NCBI GenBank assembly: GCA_945860165.1 | Contig: CAMAPL010000012.1 | Location: 679-64,678 of the forward strand | From: Rhizobium sp. Q54 | GTDB taxonomy: Bacteria > Pseudomonadota > Alphaproteobacteria > Micropepsales > Micropepsaceae | Length of the DNA stretch: 64,000 nt | Reading direction: 5' to 3' | Position numbers and translations under genes: made by a program | The notes under the pieces: model-generated | Told to the model about the DNA's origin: nothing | What the model saw: the letters and a program-made list of their open reading frames with translations, nothing else | The model's database searches: none | Shown: positions 1 through 8,802 of the stretch, one piece after another | How positions within the stretch are numbered: the first letter of the stretch is position 1 | How the letters are laid out: every line of letters begins with the position of its first letter

Positions 1-239
1 CATCGCTTCGGTACCGCCCACCAGCACCAGAAGCAATCTGCTGGCCACCGGGGCAGTCCACAGACGGCCAGCTAGCGCAAACGCCGCTCATAAACTAACA
101 TTGCAACTGGACCACTCAGTGGGGGCCGGTCAGTGGGGCCACTTCAAAGCGGGCAGGCCAGAGGATCTCGCCGTCTATTTCCCGGCCGGGCAAAATCCGG
201 TTAGGTTCGCCTTCAGAGTCCATAAAGGCGGACGAGGGG

Positions 240-1529
240 ATGGCGGAAGTTCTGAAGATCGGCAATCGACGCTGGGGCATCGGTGTGCTCCTGGCGGTCG
301 GCGTGCTGGTTAATTACTTAGACCGCATCTCCATTTCGGTGGCCGCGCCCCAGCTGCAAAAGGAATTAAACCTTTCCTCCGAACAGATCGGCGTGCTGCT
401 CAGTGCCTTCTTTTGGTCCTATTCCTTGGCGCAGCTGCCCAGCGGTATGCTGCTGGATCGTTTCGGCGTCACCCGGGTGGGACGGGTCAGCGTCTTTCTA
501 TGGGCCATCGCGTCCACCCTGACCGCGCTGTCCACCGGGTATCTTGGCATCTTCGTCGCCCGAATGCTGCTGGGCGTGGCCGAGGCACCGGGCATGATCA
601 GCTGCCAGAAAGCCACCGGCTACTGGTTTCCCCGCCATGAGCGCAGCCGCTCCACCGCGGTGTTCGACTCCGCCGCCAAGTTCTCCAATGTCATCGGTGT
701 GCCGCTGTTGGCTTTCTTTGTCGTCAGTTTTGGTTGGCGCTGGGGCTTCGGCATCACCGCTATAATGAGCTTCGCCTATTTCTTCGCTTATTGGATCCTA
801 TACCGCGATCCTAGCCAGGACAAAAAGCTCGGAACTGCCGAGCGCACCTACATCATGGCTGGCGGCGCGGTGAAGGAAGGCCCGTCCGGCATCGGCCAGA
901 TCAACATGCTGAGCTATGTGCTGCGCAACCGCAAAGTGTGGGCGCACACCATCGGCTTTTCGGCTTTTGGCTATTCCTTCTATCTGTTCCTGACCTGGCT
1001 GCCCGGCTACATGGTGCAGACCCTGCACATGACCATCCTAAAGTCCGCCGCTTTCACCATCATCCCCTGGGCGTGCGCCTCACTGGCGGACCTGTTGATC
1101 GGCGGTTTCGTAGTGGATTATTTTATCGCCCGCGGTTTTGACGACAGCAAGGTGCGCAAGATTTTTATCATCGGTGGCATGATCGCGGGGCTGGCGGTGT
1201 TTGGTATCTCCCTGACGTCGGACCCTTTCTGGGCGCTGGTGTGGATTTCCATCGCCTTGTCGGGCATTTCAGTCGCCGCGCCGGTGGCGTCCTCGGTCGT
1301 GTCGCTGATTAGCCCGCGCGGTGGCACCGCGACCGTCGGCGGCTTCGCCAATTTTGTGAACAACCTGATGGGTGTGATCGCGCCCATCACGACAGGCTTC
1401 ATTGTGGGCTGGACCAATTCTTTTTCCGGCGCGTTTTTGGTCGCCGGCATCGTTCTCCTGTGCGGCATCCTGGCCTATGGCTTCATGCTCGGCCGGATCG
1501 AGCCCATACCTGATCCCGATACGGTTTGA
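240..1529 (+). CDS. MFS transporter, ACS (anion:cation symporter)-like
   Basis: 429-aa ORF with many hydrophobic spans. The N-terminal block LDRISISVAAPQ...FFWSYSLAQLPSGMLLDRFG is typical of ACS-family MFS permeases. It stops 6 nt before the next gene, so the two are a likely operon. Confidence 0.85.
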   Translation: MAEVLKIGNRRWGIGVLLAVGVLVNYLDRISISVAAPQLQKELNLSSEQIGVLLSAFFWSYSLAQLPSGMLLDRFGVTRVGRVSVFLWAIASTLTALSTGYLGIFVARMLLGVAEAPGMISCQKATGYWFPRHERSRSTAVFDSAAKFSNVIGVPLLAFFVVSFGWRWGFGITAIMSFAYFFAYWILYRDPSQDKKLGTAERTYIMAGGAVKEGPSGIGQINMLSYVLRNRKVWAHTIGFSAFGYSFYLFLTWLPGYMVQTLHMTILKSAAFTIIPWACASLADLLIGGFVVDYFIARGFDDSKVRKIFIIGGMIAGLAVFGISLTSDPFWALVWISIALSGISVAAPVASSVVSLISPRGGTATVGGFANFVNNLMGVIAPITTGFIVGWTNSFSGAFLVAGIVLLCGILAYGFMLGRIEPIPDPDTV

Positions 1530-1535
1530 TACGTC

Positions 1536-3146
1536 ATGAGTAACTTTCTGATCCGCAACGCGCGTGTTGTTGACGGCACCGGCGCTCCCGCCTTTACCGC
1601 CGATGTTCGCATCGCGAATGGCCGCATCACAGCTATCGGCGATTCATTGACTGCTTACGGGAGCGTCGTCGATGCCGGCGGGCGTTACCTGGCGCCTGGA
1701 TTCATCGATGCCCATTGCCATGACGATCTGATCTGTCTGCGCGAGCCCGATCGGATCGAGAAAATCATGCAGGGCGTGACCTCTCTGGTGGTCGGCAATT
1801 GCAGCTTCTCGCTGTATCCCACCGTGCCGGGCTCGGCGGATTATCTGCGGCAGCATTTCGCGACCCTGCTGGGCGAGATCGGCGACGATGAAGTGTTCGA
1901 CAGCTTCGCGGCTTACCGCGATGCGATGCATACAAAGGGCATTTCGCTGAACGTCATTTCGCTGGTGGGTCACGCCGCCTTGCGGCTGGCGGTGCTGGGC
2001 TATGATGACCGCCCGGCCACCGCGGACGAACGCGCCAGGATGCAGCAGCTTCTGGACCGGCAACTGGCAGACGGCGCCTTTGGCCTGTCGCTGGGTCTAG
2101 TCTATCCGCCCAGCGCTTATGCCGATACCGATGAACTGCAGGCGCTGGCGCAGACCACGGGCGCGCGCGCCAAAATCCTGGCGGCGCATGTGCGCAGCTA
2201 TGAAAGCCAGTTGATCGAATCCATCGACGAATTCCTCGACCTGCTCGAAATATCCAAGGCGCCTGGTCTACTGTCGCATCTGCAGGCGGCGGGGCGACCG
2301 AACTGGGGTAAAATTCCAAAAGCCATCGCGCAGCTGGAAGCCGCTAATGCGCGCGGCGTCGATGTCAGCTTCGACATGTATCCCTACCTGGCGGGCAGCA
2401 GCTATATGCTGCAACTGGTCCCGCCGGGCATGCATGCCGGCGGCGTCCAGGTGCTGATAGCGGCCTTGCACACCAATGAAGGCCTGGCAGAACTGCGCCG
2501 GTCTATCGAAGATCCGAACGCGCCCTGGATTTCCAAAGTGGCGATAATCGGCTGGGGTAATGTGCGCATCTCGGGCACTTCCAATCCCGCCCTGAAGAAA
2601 TTTGAAGGTCTGGATATGCAACAGGCTGCTGATCAGGAAGGCGCCGAGCCCTTCGATTTTATGGTGCGGATGATCTTGGAAGATGAGGGCCAGACCACCA
2701 TCGTCATGTTCCAGCTCGACAAGGACGACTTGCGGGCCGCCTGTACCCATGATCTCCACATGGTGGGTTCGGACGGATTGCCGCGCCCGGGAACCAAGAC
2801 GCATCCCCGCGCTTTTGGCACGTTCCCGCGCGTGGCCGGGCGGCTGCGGCGCGACGAACACTGGTTTTCGCTGCCCGATGCGGTGCGCCGCATGACATCG
2901 GTGGCCGCCCGGCGTTTTGGCCTTAAGGATCGGGGGGGTATCGCTCCCGGCATGGTTGCCGATCTGGTGCTGTTTGACGAAACTATAGAAGATCGCGCTA
3001 CCTTTGATGACCCGAGCCAATTACCGGCCGGCATCGAAACGGTCTGGGTGGCGGGGCAGACCGTAGTGGACAAGGGCCAGCCGACGGGCGCGCGGCCTGG
3101 ACGTGTCCTGACTGGCCTGCCGGATATTTTGTACCAGCGTGAGTGA
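1536..3146 (+). CDS. N-acyl-D-amino-acid deacylase (D-aminoacylase) family amidohydrolase
   Basis: 536-aa ORF. The N-terminus IRNARVVDGTG...GRITAIGD...APGFIDAHCHDD matches the D-aminoacylase/amidohydrolase signature region. No signal peptide. The last ~10 codons and the stop lie inside the MITE at 3113-3205. Confidence 0.8.
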   Translation: MSNFLIRNARVVDGTGAPAFTADVRIANGRITAIGDSLTAYGSVVDAGGRYLAPGFIDAHCHDDLICLREPDRIEKIMQGVTSLVVGNCSFSLYPTVPGSADYLRQHFATLLGEIGDDEVFDSFAAYRDAMHTKGISLNVISLVGHAALRLAVLGYDDRPATADERARMQQLLDRQLADGAFGLSLGLVYPPSAYADTDELQALAQTTGARAKILAAHVRSYESQLIESIDEFLDLLEISKAPGLLSHLQAAGRPNWGKIPKAIAQLEAANARGVDVSFDMYPYLAGSSYMLQLVPPGMHAGGVQVLIAALHTNEGLAELRRSIEDPNAPWISKVAIIGWGNVRISGTSNPALKKFEGLDMQQAADQEGAEPFDFMVRMILEDEGQTTIVMFQLDKDDLRAACTHDLHMVGSDGLPRPGTKTHPRAFGTFPRVAGRLRRDEHWFSLPDAVRRMTSVAARRFGLKDRGGIAPGMVADLVLFDETIEDRATFDDPSQLPAGIETVWVAGQTVVDKGQPTGARPGRVLTGLPDILYQRE

Positions 3147-3205
3147 GACTACTGCTCAGAGCCAATTTCTATCAATTCGCTTGGTACAAAAATTCCGACA
3201 GGTCA
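3113..3205. mobile_element. ~93-bp MITE built from both termini of the IS3-family element at 23205-24446
   Basis: The left part TGGCCTGCCGGATATTTTGTACCAGCGTGAGTGAGACTACTGC aligns with the IS left end. The right part TTTCTATCAATTCGCTTGGTACAAAAATTCCGACAGGTCA aligns with the IS right end. No transposase lies between them. The left boundary is ambiguous (3109/3113/3118) and no clear target-site duplication is visible. Confidence 0.7.
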
Positions 3206-3360
3206 GCCGGAGCGTCTGATTTGAGCCTGCCAACGCTCTCCACGCCTCCTAAGTGACGCCATTGCTGATCTCCGCTGTGCCAAAACTGTGACAAGCGTCG
3301 ATTTGCTGAGGTTTTTTACTTAGCTAACCATCGATAACCGTATGAACCGGTTATGAAAAT

Positions 3361-3437
3361 TGGTCGGAGAGAGAGGATTCGAACCTCCGGCCCCTACGTC
3401 CCGAACGTAGTGCTCTACCAGGCTGAGCTACTCTCCG
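3361..3437 (-). tRNA. tRNA-Pro (anticodon CGG)
   Basis: The reverse complement folds as CGGAGAG-TA-GCTC-AGCCTGGTA-GAGC-A-CTACG-TTCGGGA-CGTAG-GGGCC-GGAGG-TTCGAAT-CCTCT-CTCTCCG-A-CCA. This is a 77-nt cloverleaf with an encoded CCA. Confidence 0.93.
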
Positions 3438-3618
3438 AACCAGTGCAAAGGGAACACCCCTTGCCTCGGGAGGCGCCCTTATAACGATGCCCCCCTGCCC
3501 CCGCAACCGGCCATAAAGGCAGCGCAAAGCCTTGGACCAGCGGCATTTTGGACGGTTTGCGGGCTGGGCCTGCTGGCTTTATACGGAACCGCGCCGGAGG
3601 CTTTGCCCCCGGCCCTGC

Positions 3619-3693
3619 TGGGGCGTCGCCAAGTGGTAAGGCACTGGATTTTGATTCCAGCATTCGAAGGTTCGATCCCTTCCGCCCCAGCCA
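3619..3693 (+). tRNA. tRNA-Gln (anticodon UUG)
   Basis: Acceptor TGGGGCG pairs with CGCCCCA (U1-A72). Anticodon arm is CTGGA-TTTTGAT-TCCAG. T arm is GAAGG-TTCGATC-CCTTC. Discriminator G plus an encoded CCA. 75 nt. Confidence 0.93.
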
Positions 3694-4173
3694 GTCAGTC
3701 CCTGCTCCGCAGGGAATATCCAAACGCCAGAAATTAGCGCCGCGTTTCTGGTGGTTAAGCGCCCCGCGATTCCGCAAGAGACTGAACTGGCCATTTTTGA
3801 CGCCGGATAAAGGCGCAATTCTCCGCCCAGTCTCTGGACCCCGGTTTTCAATTTCCTAAATTCGTGAGCCGCTTAGCTCGAGACCGGTTTGGCTTCAGCA
3901 GAGACTAGTTTTGATGCGCAATGAAACGGACACCCTGGCGCGATGGCAGTTTCAAGCATTAGCGTCGTGGGCAACAGCTTACGGATAAAGCGGCAGAGCG
4001 CAGGTGATATGCGACTGTCTAGATTGGGGTACGGGTGTATCAGTAAATTTCGCCCTGAGGTAACCTAGGGTTTTCAGCGCCAGCTATAACTTTTGGTCTG
4101 CGTAGTTGGCGCCTATGTCGCTATCACGCAATGCTGTTCTGCGGCGGTACCGAAAGGGGGCCGTCCAAACCTG

Positions 4174-5424
4174 CTATTCCTCGTCGCCGAGACCCCAGAC
4201 GCGGTGGGAGTCGATTAGAAGCTGCAGTACCGCGCCATGTGCGGCCGCGCGGGTGCGGGCTTCGTTGCGGCGCATGTCATAATCCTGCCGCCGCGCGATC
4301 AGCAGTTCGGTGATGCCCTGGTCGCCCAGTTCATGGGCCCGCTGCATCCGCGCCAGCATGGCAGTGCTGCTTTGGGCAGCCGCCTGGTTCTGGCGCCACG
4401 CCTCCAGACCTTGCTGCGCGCCGATCACATCGCGCTCGGCGATGATCTCCACGTCACGCTGCACGCGGTGCGCGGCGACGGAAGCCGCTATGGCCTCGGC
4501 GGCAGTCTGGTCGCTCGCCGCGCTGCGCAGCGCGCCGCCGATAGGCACGGAAAATCCAATGCCAAACCCTGTCTCGTGGCCGCCGCGCTCCTGGAAGGTG
4601 CGCAGGTCCAGCGTAGGATCGGCGAAACGGTCCATGCGGGCGCGTTTGGCCAGCCAGTCGCGGCGCTCGGCTTCGCTGCGCGCCATCTTGATCTCGTGAT
4701 TGTCGTCCAGCACCGCCTTGCGCCAGTCCTCCCAGCTGCCGGGCGGCTCTTTGGGTTCTGGCATGACGGGCGGCGAGACAGGGAGGGTGAGCGCCGGGAA
4801 GTTGCGTTGCAACGTCATCCTGGCATCCAGGCGCGCCTGCGTAGCCTGAGCCGCCTGTGCCCGCGCTTGGGCGAGGGCCGCCTGTACCTGCTCCACTTGC
4901 AAGGTAGCGGACTGGCCCAACTGGCGCGCCCGCGCCGTGACCGAAAGCTGGCGCTCATAGGCGGAGACTTCCGCCTCATTCTGGCGCGCATCGCTCTCCG
5001 CAACCAGCCAGGCGATCCAGAGATTTTTGAGAGACAGGGCCGCCACATGACGGGCATCGCCAAGCCCGTTTTCGGCCACATCCACGCCGGATGCGCCGAT
5101 CCTGCGGTCGGCTTCGGCCTTTCCCGGCAGGCGAATGCCGCGGCTGACACCGGCGGTCCACTCATTAAGCCTGCCTTCGAGTTTGGTGGACCGGGTGACA
5201 TATTCGCCATGCGCGGTGAATTCATGCGGCCCCACCGCCCGTGCGCGGGCCTCGGCCTGTGCGGCGGTCAGCAGCGCGCCGGCGTGGCGCACCCCCGGGT
5301 CCTGGTCCAGCAGGTCCACCACCTGTCCCTCGGGGGGAAGAAAATGCAGGCTGGGCGAAACCACCGGCGGATGCGCCCAGGCGGGTGTAATGGCCAGCAA
5401 CAGAAGCGGCAAAAGTTTTTTCAT
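4174..5424 (-). CDS. czcC: Outer-membrane efflux protein (TolC/CzcC family) of the RND system
   Basis: I take the start at MKKLLPLLLLAITPAWA (a signal peptide), because the longer track ORF overlaps the upstream gene. The sequence is coiled-coil-rich with Ala/Gln repeats typical of OEP family proteins. An ATGA overlap links it to the DUF3240 gene. Confidence 0.8.
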   Translation of the reverse strand: MKKLLPLLLLAITPAWAHPPVVSPSLHFLPPEGQVVDLLDQDPGVRHAGALLTAAQAEARARAVGPHEFTAHGEYVTRSTKLEGRLNEWTAGVSRGIRLPGKAEADRRIGASGVDVAENGLGDARHVAALSLKNLWIAWLVAESDARQNEAEVSAYERQLSVTARARQLGQSATLQVEQVQAALAQARAQAAQATQARLDARMTLQRNFPALTLPVSPPVMPEPKEPPGSWEDWRKAVLDDNHEIKMARSEAERRDWLAKRARMDRFADPTLDLRTFQERGGHETGFGIGFSVPIGGALRSAASDQTAAEAIAASVAAHRVQRDVEIIAERDVIGAQQGLEAWRQNQAAAQSSTAMLARMQRAHELGDQGITELLIARRQDYDMRRNEARTRAAAHGAVLQLLIDSHRVWGLGDEE

Positions 5425-5726
5425 GCGAAGTCTCCAAGCGCATGGACCGGTTCGGTCCAGTAGGTCATCTGCGGATTGCGGAAGCGGTCGCGCAGCGCGT
5501 CCAGAAGCGGCGCGACATTCACCGCGGGCAGGATCACGACAATACTCAGGACGTCGACCCGGCCCCGTACCTTTTCGCTCAGCGAGGCCTGAGAGAAGTC
5601 GCGGCCATGGCCCTGGGCTGCGAATGTCGTGAGCCCGGCCTCCAGCCATTCGCTGGCCAGCAGATGTTCGACGACCTGCTCGCCAAGAATGGCGGGACAG
5701 GACAGGGTCAGTTTTACGTGCGTCAT
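5421..5726 (-). CDS. DUF3240-like small PII-fold protein associated with czc/cus operons
   Basis: 101-aa ORF (MTHVKLTLSCPAILGEQVVEHLLASEWLEAGLTTFAAQGHGRDF...) resembling DUF3240 as I recall it. It has ATGA start/stop overlaps with the genes on both sides. Confidence 0.6.
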   Translation of the reverse strand: MTHVKLTLSCPAILGEQVVEHLLASEWLEAGLTTFAAQGHGRDFSQASLSEKVRGRVDVLSIVVILPAVNVAPLLDALRDRFRNPQMTYWTEPVHALGDFA

Positions 5727-8700
5727 GTGCGTTTCTCCTTCGCAACGCCGAACCGCTCGAACAGGAAGGGCAGCAGGAAGAGCGTCAAGACGGTGGAGCT
5801 GACCAGGCCGCCGATCACCACGATCGCCAGCGGCTTCTGGATCTCTGATCCAGGACCGGTGGCAAAGAGCAGTGGCACTAAGCCCAATGCGGCGATACTG
5901 GCGGTCATGAGCACCGGCCGCAGGCGCCGGCGCGAGCCCTCATAGACCACTTCGCGCAGCGGCAGGCCTTCGCCGCGCAGCTGGTTGAAATAGACGATCA
6001 GCACCAGCCCGTTCAGCACGGCGATGCCCAGCAGCGCAATGAATCCCACGGAGGCGGGAACGGACAGATATTCCCCTGACAGGAACAGCAGCGCGATGCC
6101 CCCGATCAGCGCCAGGGGAATGTTCGCCAGGATCAGCAGCGACTGCCGCACTGAACCGAGGGTGGCGAACAGCACCAGGAAGATCAGGCCCAGCGCCAGC
6201 GGCACCACGATCATCAGGCGGGCGGCGGCCCGGCGCTGGTTCTGAAATTCGCCGCTCCAGTCCAGCCGGTAGCCGGTCGGCAGCTTTACCTTTTCGCTCA
6301 CCGCTTGCTGCGCCGCTTCGACGAAGCTCACCAGGTCGCGACCCGAGACATTGGCCTGGATGGTGGCGAAGCGGGAGGCGTTTTCGCGCTGGATGCGGAC
6401 CGGGCCTTCCGGAAAGGAAATCTTGGTGACGTCCGCGACATGGACCGTGCTGCCGTTTTCCGTCGCCAGGGCGATGTCGCCAAGAAGTTCGGGGCGGCTG
6501 CGCAGGTCTTCGGCGGCTTTGATCACGATCGGAATGCGGCGCTCCGCGCTGGCCACCACGCCGGCGCTGAGCCCTTCCAGCCGGGCGCGCATTTCTTCCT
6601 GCAGCACCTGCGCGGAAATGCCCGCCGTCCCGACCGCCATGCGGTCGATATCCGTCTGCAGATAGCGCGCGGAGTCGTCAGCCACTGTGAAGACTTCGGA
6701 CGCACCCTCCACCCCCTGCACGGCGGCGCGGATGCCTTCGGAGATATGGCCCAGTGTCGCGAGGTCGGGCCCGAACACTTTCACCACCAAGTCACCGCGG
6801 CTGCCGGTCAGCATCTCGGAGGTACGCATCTCGATGGGCTGTGTGAAGACATATCCCACGCCGGGAAAGTCCTTCATCACGGTGCGCAATTTGTCTACGA
6901 CGGCTTCCTTGTTTGAAGCGTCCCATTCGCTGCGCGGCTTGAGGATCAAAAACAGGTCGGTCTCGTTCAGTCCCATCGGGTCCAGGCCGATTTCATCGCT
7001 TCCGGTACGGGCGATTGCTTCCTGGATTTCGGGCACCCTGTCGAGAACGGCGCGCTGCACCATGCTGTCCACTTGCGCCGAATGCTCCAGCGTGATGGAG
7101 GGGAGCTTGGCGAGCTGCACAATGATGGAACCTTCATCCATGGTCGGCATGAAGGTCTTGCCAACCATCATGTAGGTCATGGCAGCAACCGCGAAAGCAC
7201 AGCCGACGCCGATGAACAGGCGCCTTGGCGCCTTGAGCACCTTGCCGAGCGCGGTGGAATAAAGCGGCATCAGCTTTCGCATCAGCCACGCCTCGCCATG
7301 CTGGCCCGGCTTCAGCACCAGCGACGCAATCACCGGAATAAGGGTCAGGGACAGCAACAGCGAACTCGACAAGGCGAAAATGATGGTCAACGCCACTGGC
7401 GCGAACAGCTTGCCCTCCAGTCCCTGCAACGACAGCAGCGGCAGAAACACCAAGCAGATGATGACGATGCCCGATGCAATCGGAACCGCGACCTCGCAAA
7501 CGGAACGATAGATCAGATGCAGGATGGGGATTTTGCTGTCGCCACGGTGATGGGACAATTTCTCCACCGTATTCTCGACCACCACCACGGCGGCATCCAC
7601 CAGCATACCGACGGCGATGGCGAGCCCGCCCAGGCTCATCAAGTTGGCAGTCAGCCCGAAGACCGACATCAACAGGAAGGTCGAGATGGCGGCGAAGGGC
7701 AAGGTAAGGGAGACCACGATGGCGGCGCGCAGGTTTCCCAGGAACAGCAGCAGGAGAAGCATGATCAGGACTGTGGCTTCGAGCAGCGCGTGCGTGACGG
7801 TGGTCACGGCGCGGTCGATCAGATCGGCGCGGTCGTAGAAAACATGGACCCGAACGCCGGCCGGCAGGTTGGACTTCATCGCGTCCAGCCTGGCGCGCAC
7901 GTCCGCAACCACGGCGCCGGTGTCGGCGCCGCGCAGGCCCAGCACCAGGCCCTGGACTGCTTCGCCCTTGCCGTCTTTTGTGACGGCGCCATAGCGAGTG
8001 AGCGATCCAGTGCGGATGATCGCGACATCGCCCAGGCGGACCGTATTGCCGACACTGCTTTTCACCATAACTTCGCGCAGGTCGTCCAGAGTGCGGATGG
8101 CGCCCACGGCGCGCACAATCAGCGCCTCCTCGCCATCACTGACCCGGCCGGCGCCGTCGTTGCGGTTGGCCTGCTCGATGGCCGATTTGAGGTCGGAAAT
8201 GCGCAGCCCCGCGGACAACAGCGCCGCATCGTCCGGGACAACTTCAAAGCTGCTGACGAACCCGCCCAGCGCATTGACGTCGGCCACGCCGGGGATGGTG
8301 CGCAGCGCCGGACGGATCGTCCAGTCCAGCAGGCTGCGCCGTTCCGCCAAGCTTAGATTGCCGCCCTCCACTGTGAACATGAAGATTTCCGACAAGGGGG
8401 TCGCAATGGGCGCCAGCCCGCCGGTGACGATGTCGGGAAGCGCGTCCATCCCCTCGGACAGGCGCTCGCTGACCTGCTGGCGCGCCCAATAAACGTCGGT
8501 GCTGTCGGTGAAGTCGATGGTTATGTCGGCAAGGGCGAATTTGGCCATTGAGCGCAGGACGACCTGGTTGGGAATTCCCAGCAGTTCCAGCTCCAGCGGG
8601 GCGATAACTCGCTGTTCGACTTCCTCCGGCGTCATGCCGGGCGCCTTCAGGATCAGCTTGACCTGGGTGGTCGAGATATCGGGATAGGCGTCGATGGGCA

Positions 8701-8800
8701 GCCGCGAAAAGGCGTACCCGCCAGCGCCTGCCAGAAGCGCCGCCAGCACCAGCACAAGTATGCGCTGGCTGAGGGAAAACTCGATCAATCTGCGCAGCAT
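5723..8800 (-). CDS. czcA: Heavy-metal efflux RND transporter, CzcA/CusA family
   Basis: 1025-aa ORF. The N-terminus MLRRLIEFSLSQRILVLVLAALL...PIDAYPDISTTQVKLILKAPGMTPEEVEQ is characteristic of HME-RND pumps. It has 12 TM-type hydrophobic blocks. Confidence 0.93.
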   Translation of the reverse strand: MLRRLIEFSLSQRILVLVLAALLAGAGGYAFSRLPIDAYPDISTTQVKLILKAPGMTPEEVEQRVIAPLELELLGIPNQVVLRSMAKFALADITIDFTDSTDVYWARQQVSERLSEGMDALPDIVTGGLAPIATPLSEIFMFTVEGGNLSLAERRSLLDWTIRPALRTIPGVADVNALGGFVSSFEVVPDDAALLSAGLRISDLKSAIEQANRNDGAGRVSDGEEALIVRAVGAIRTLDDLREVMVKSSVGNTVRLGDVAIIRTGSLTRYGAVTKDGKGEAVQGLVLGLRGADTGAVVADVRARLDAMKSNLPAGVRVHVFYDRADLIDRAVTTVTHALLEATVLIMLLLLLFLGNLRAAIVVSLTLPFAAISTFLLMSVFGLTANLMSLGGLAIAVGMLVDAAVVVVENTVEKLSHHRGDSKIPILHLIYRSVCEVAVPIASGIVIICLVFLPLLSLQGLEGKLFAPVALTIIFALSSSLLLSLTLIPVIASLVLKPGQHGEAWLMRKLMPLYSTALGKVLKAPRRLFIGVGCAFAVAAMTYMMVGKTFMPTMDEGSIIVQLAKLPSITLEHSAQVDSMVQRAVLDRVPEIQEAIARTGSDEIGLDPMGLNETDLFLILKPRSEWDASNKEAVVDKLRTVMKDFPGVGYVFTQPIEMRTSEMLTGSRGDLVVKVFGPDLATLGHISEGIRAAVQGVEGASEVFTVADDSARYLQTDIDRMAVGTAGISAQVLQEEMRARLEGLSAGVVASAERRIPIVIKAAEDLRSRPELLGDIALATENGSTVHVADVTKISFPEGPVRIQRENASRFATIQANVSGRDLVSFVEAAQQAVSEKVKLPTGYRLDWSGEFQNQRRAAARLMIVVPLALGLIFLVLFATLGSVRQSLLILANIPLALIGGIALLFLSGEYLSVPASVGFIALLGIAVLNGLVLIVYFNQLRGEGLPLREVVYEGSRRRLRPVLMTASIAALGLVPLLFATGPGSEIQKPLAIVVIGGLVSSTVLTLFLLPFLFERFGVAKEKRT

Positions 8801-8802
8801 GA

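Noticed and set aside
1-91. Possible minus-strand gene start (ATG at 91) running off the left edge
   Set aside because: Only 30 codons are visible, with no SD or motif. I cannot support it.
3325-3360. Hairpin ATAACCG-TATGAAC-CGGTTAT as a terminator of tRNA-Pro
   Set aside because: The stem is short and AT-rich, and no T tract follows on the relevant strand.
3415-3859. ORFs of 90-120 aa overlapping the tRNA-Pro/tRNA-Gln region
   Set aside because: They run through two well-folded tRNA genes and their promoter region, so they are chance frames.
4237-8356. Long plus-strand ORFs (4237-5463, 7073-8356 and others) inside the efflux operon
   Set aside because: They are antisense shadows of czcC and czcA. 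Only the minus-strand frames show OMF and RND homology and coupled start/stop overlaps.
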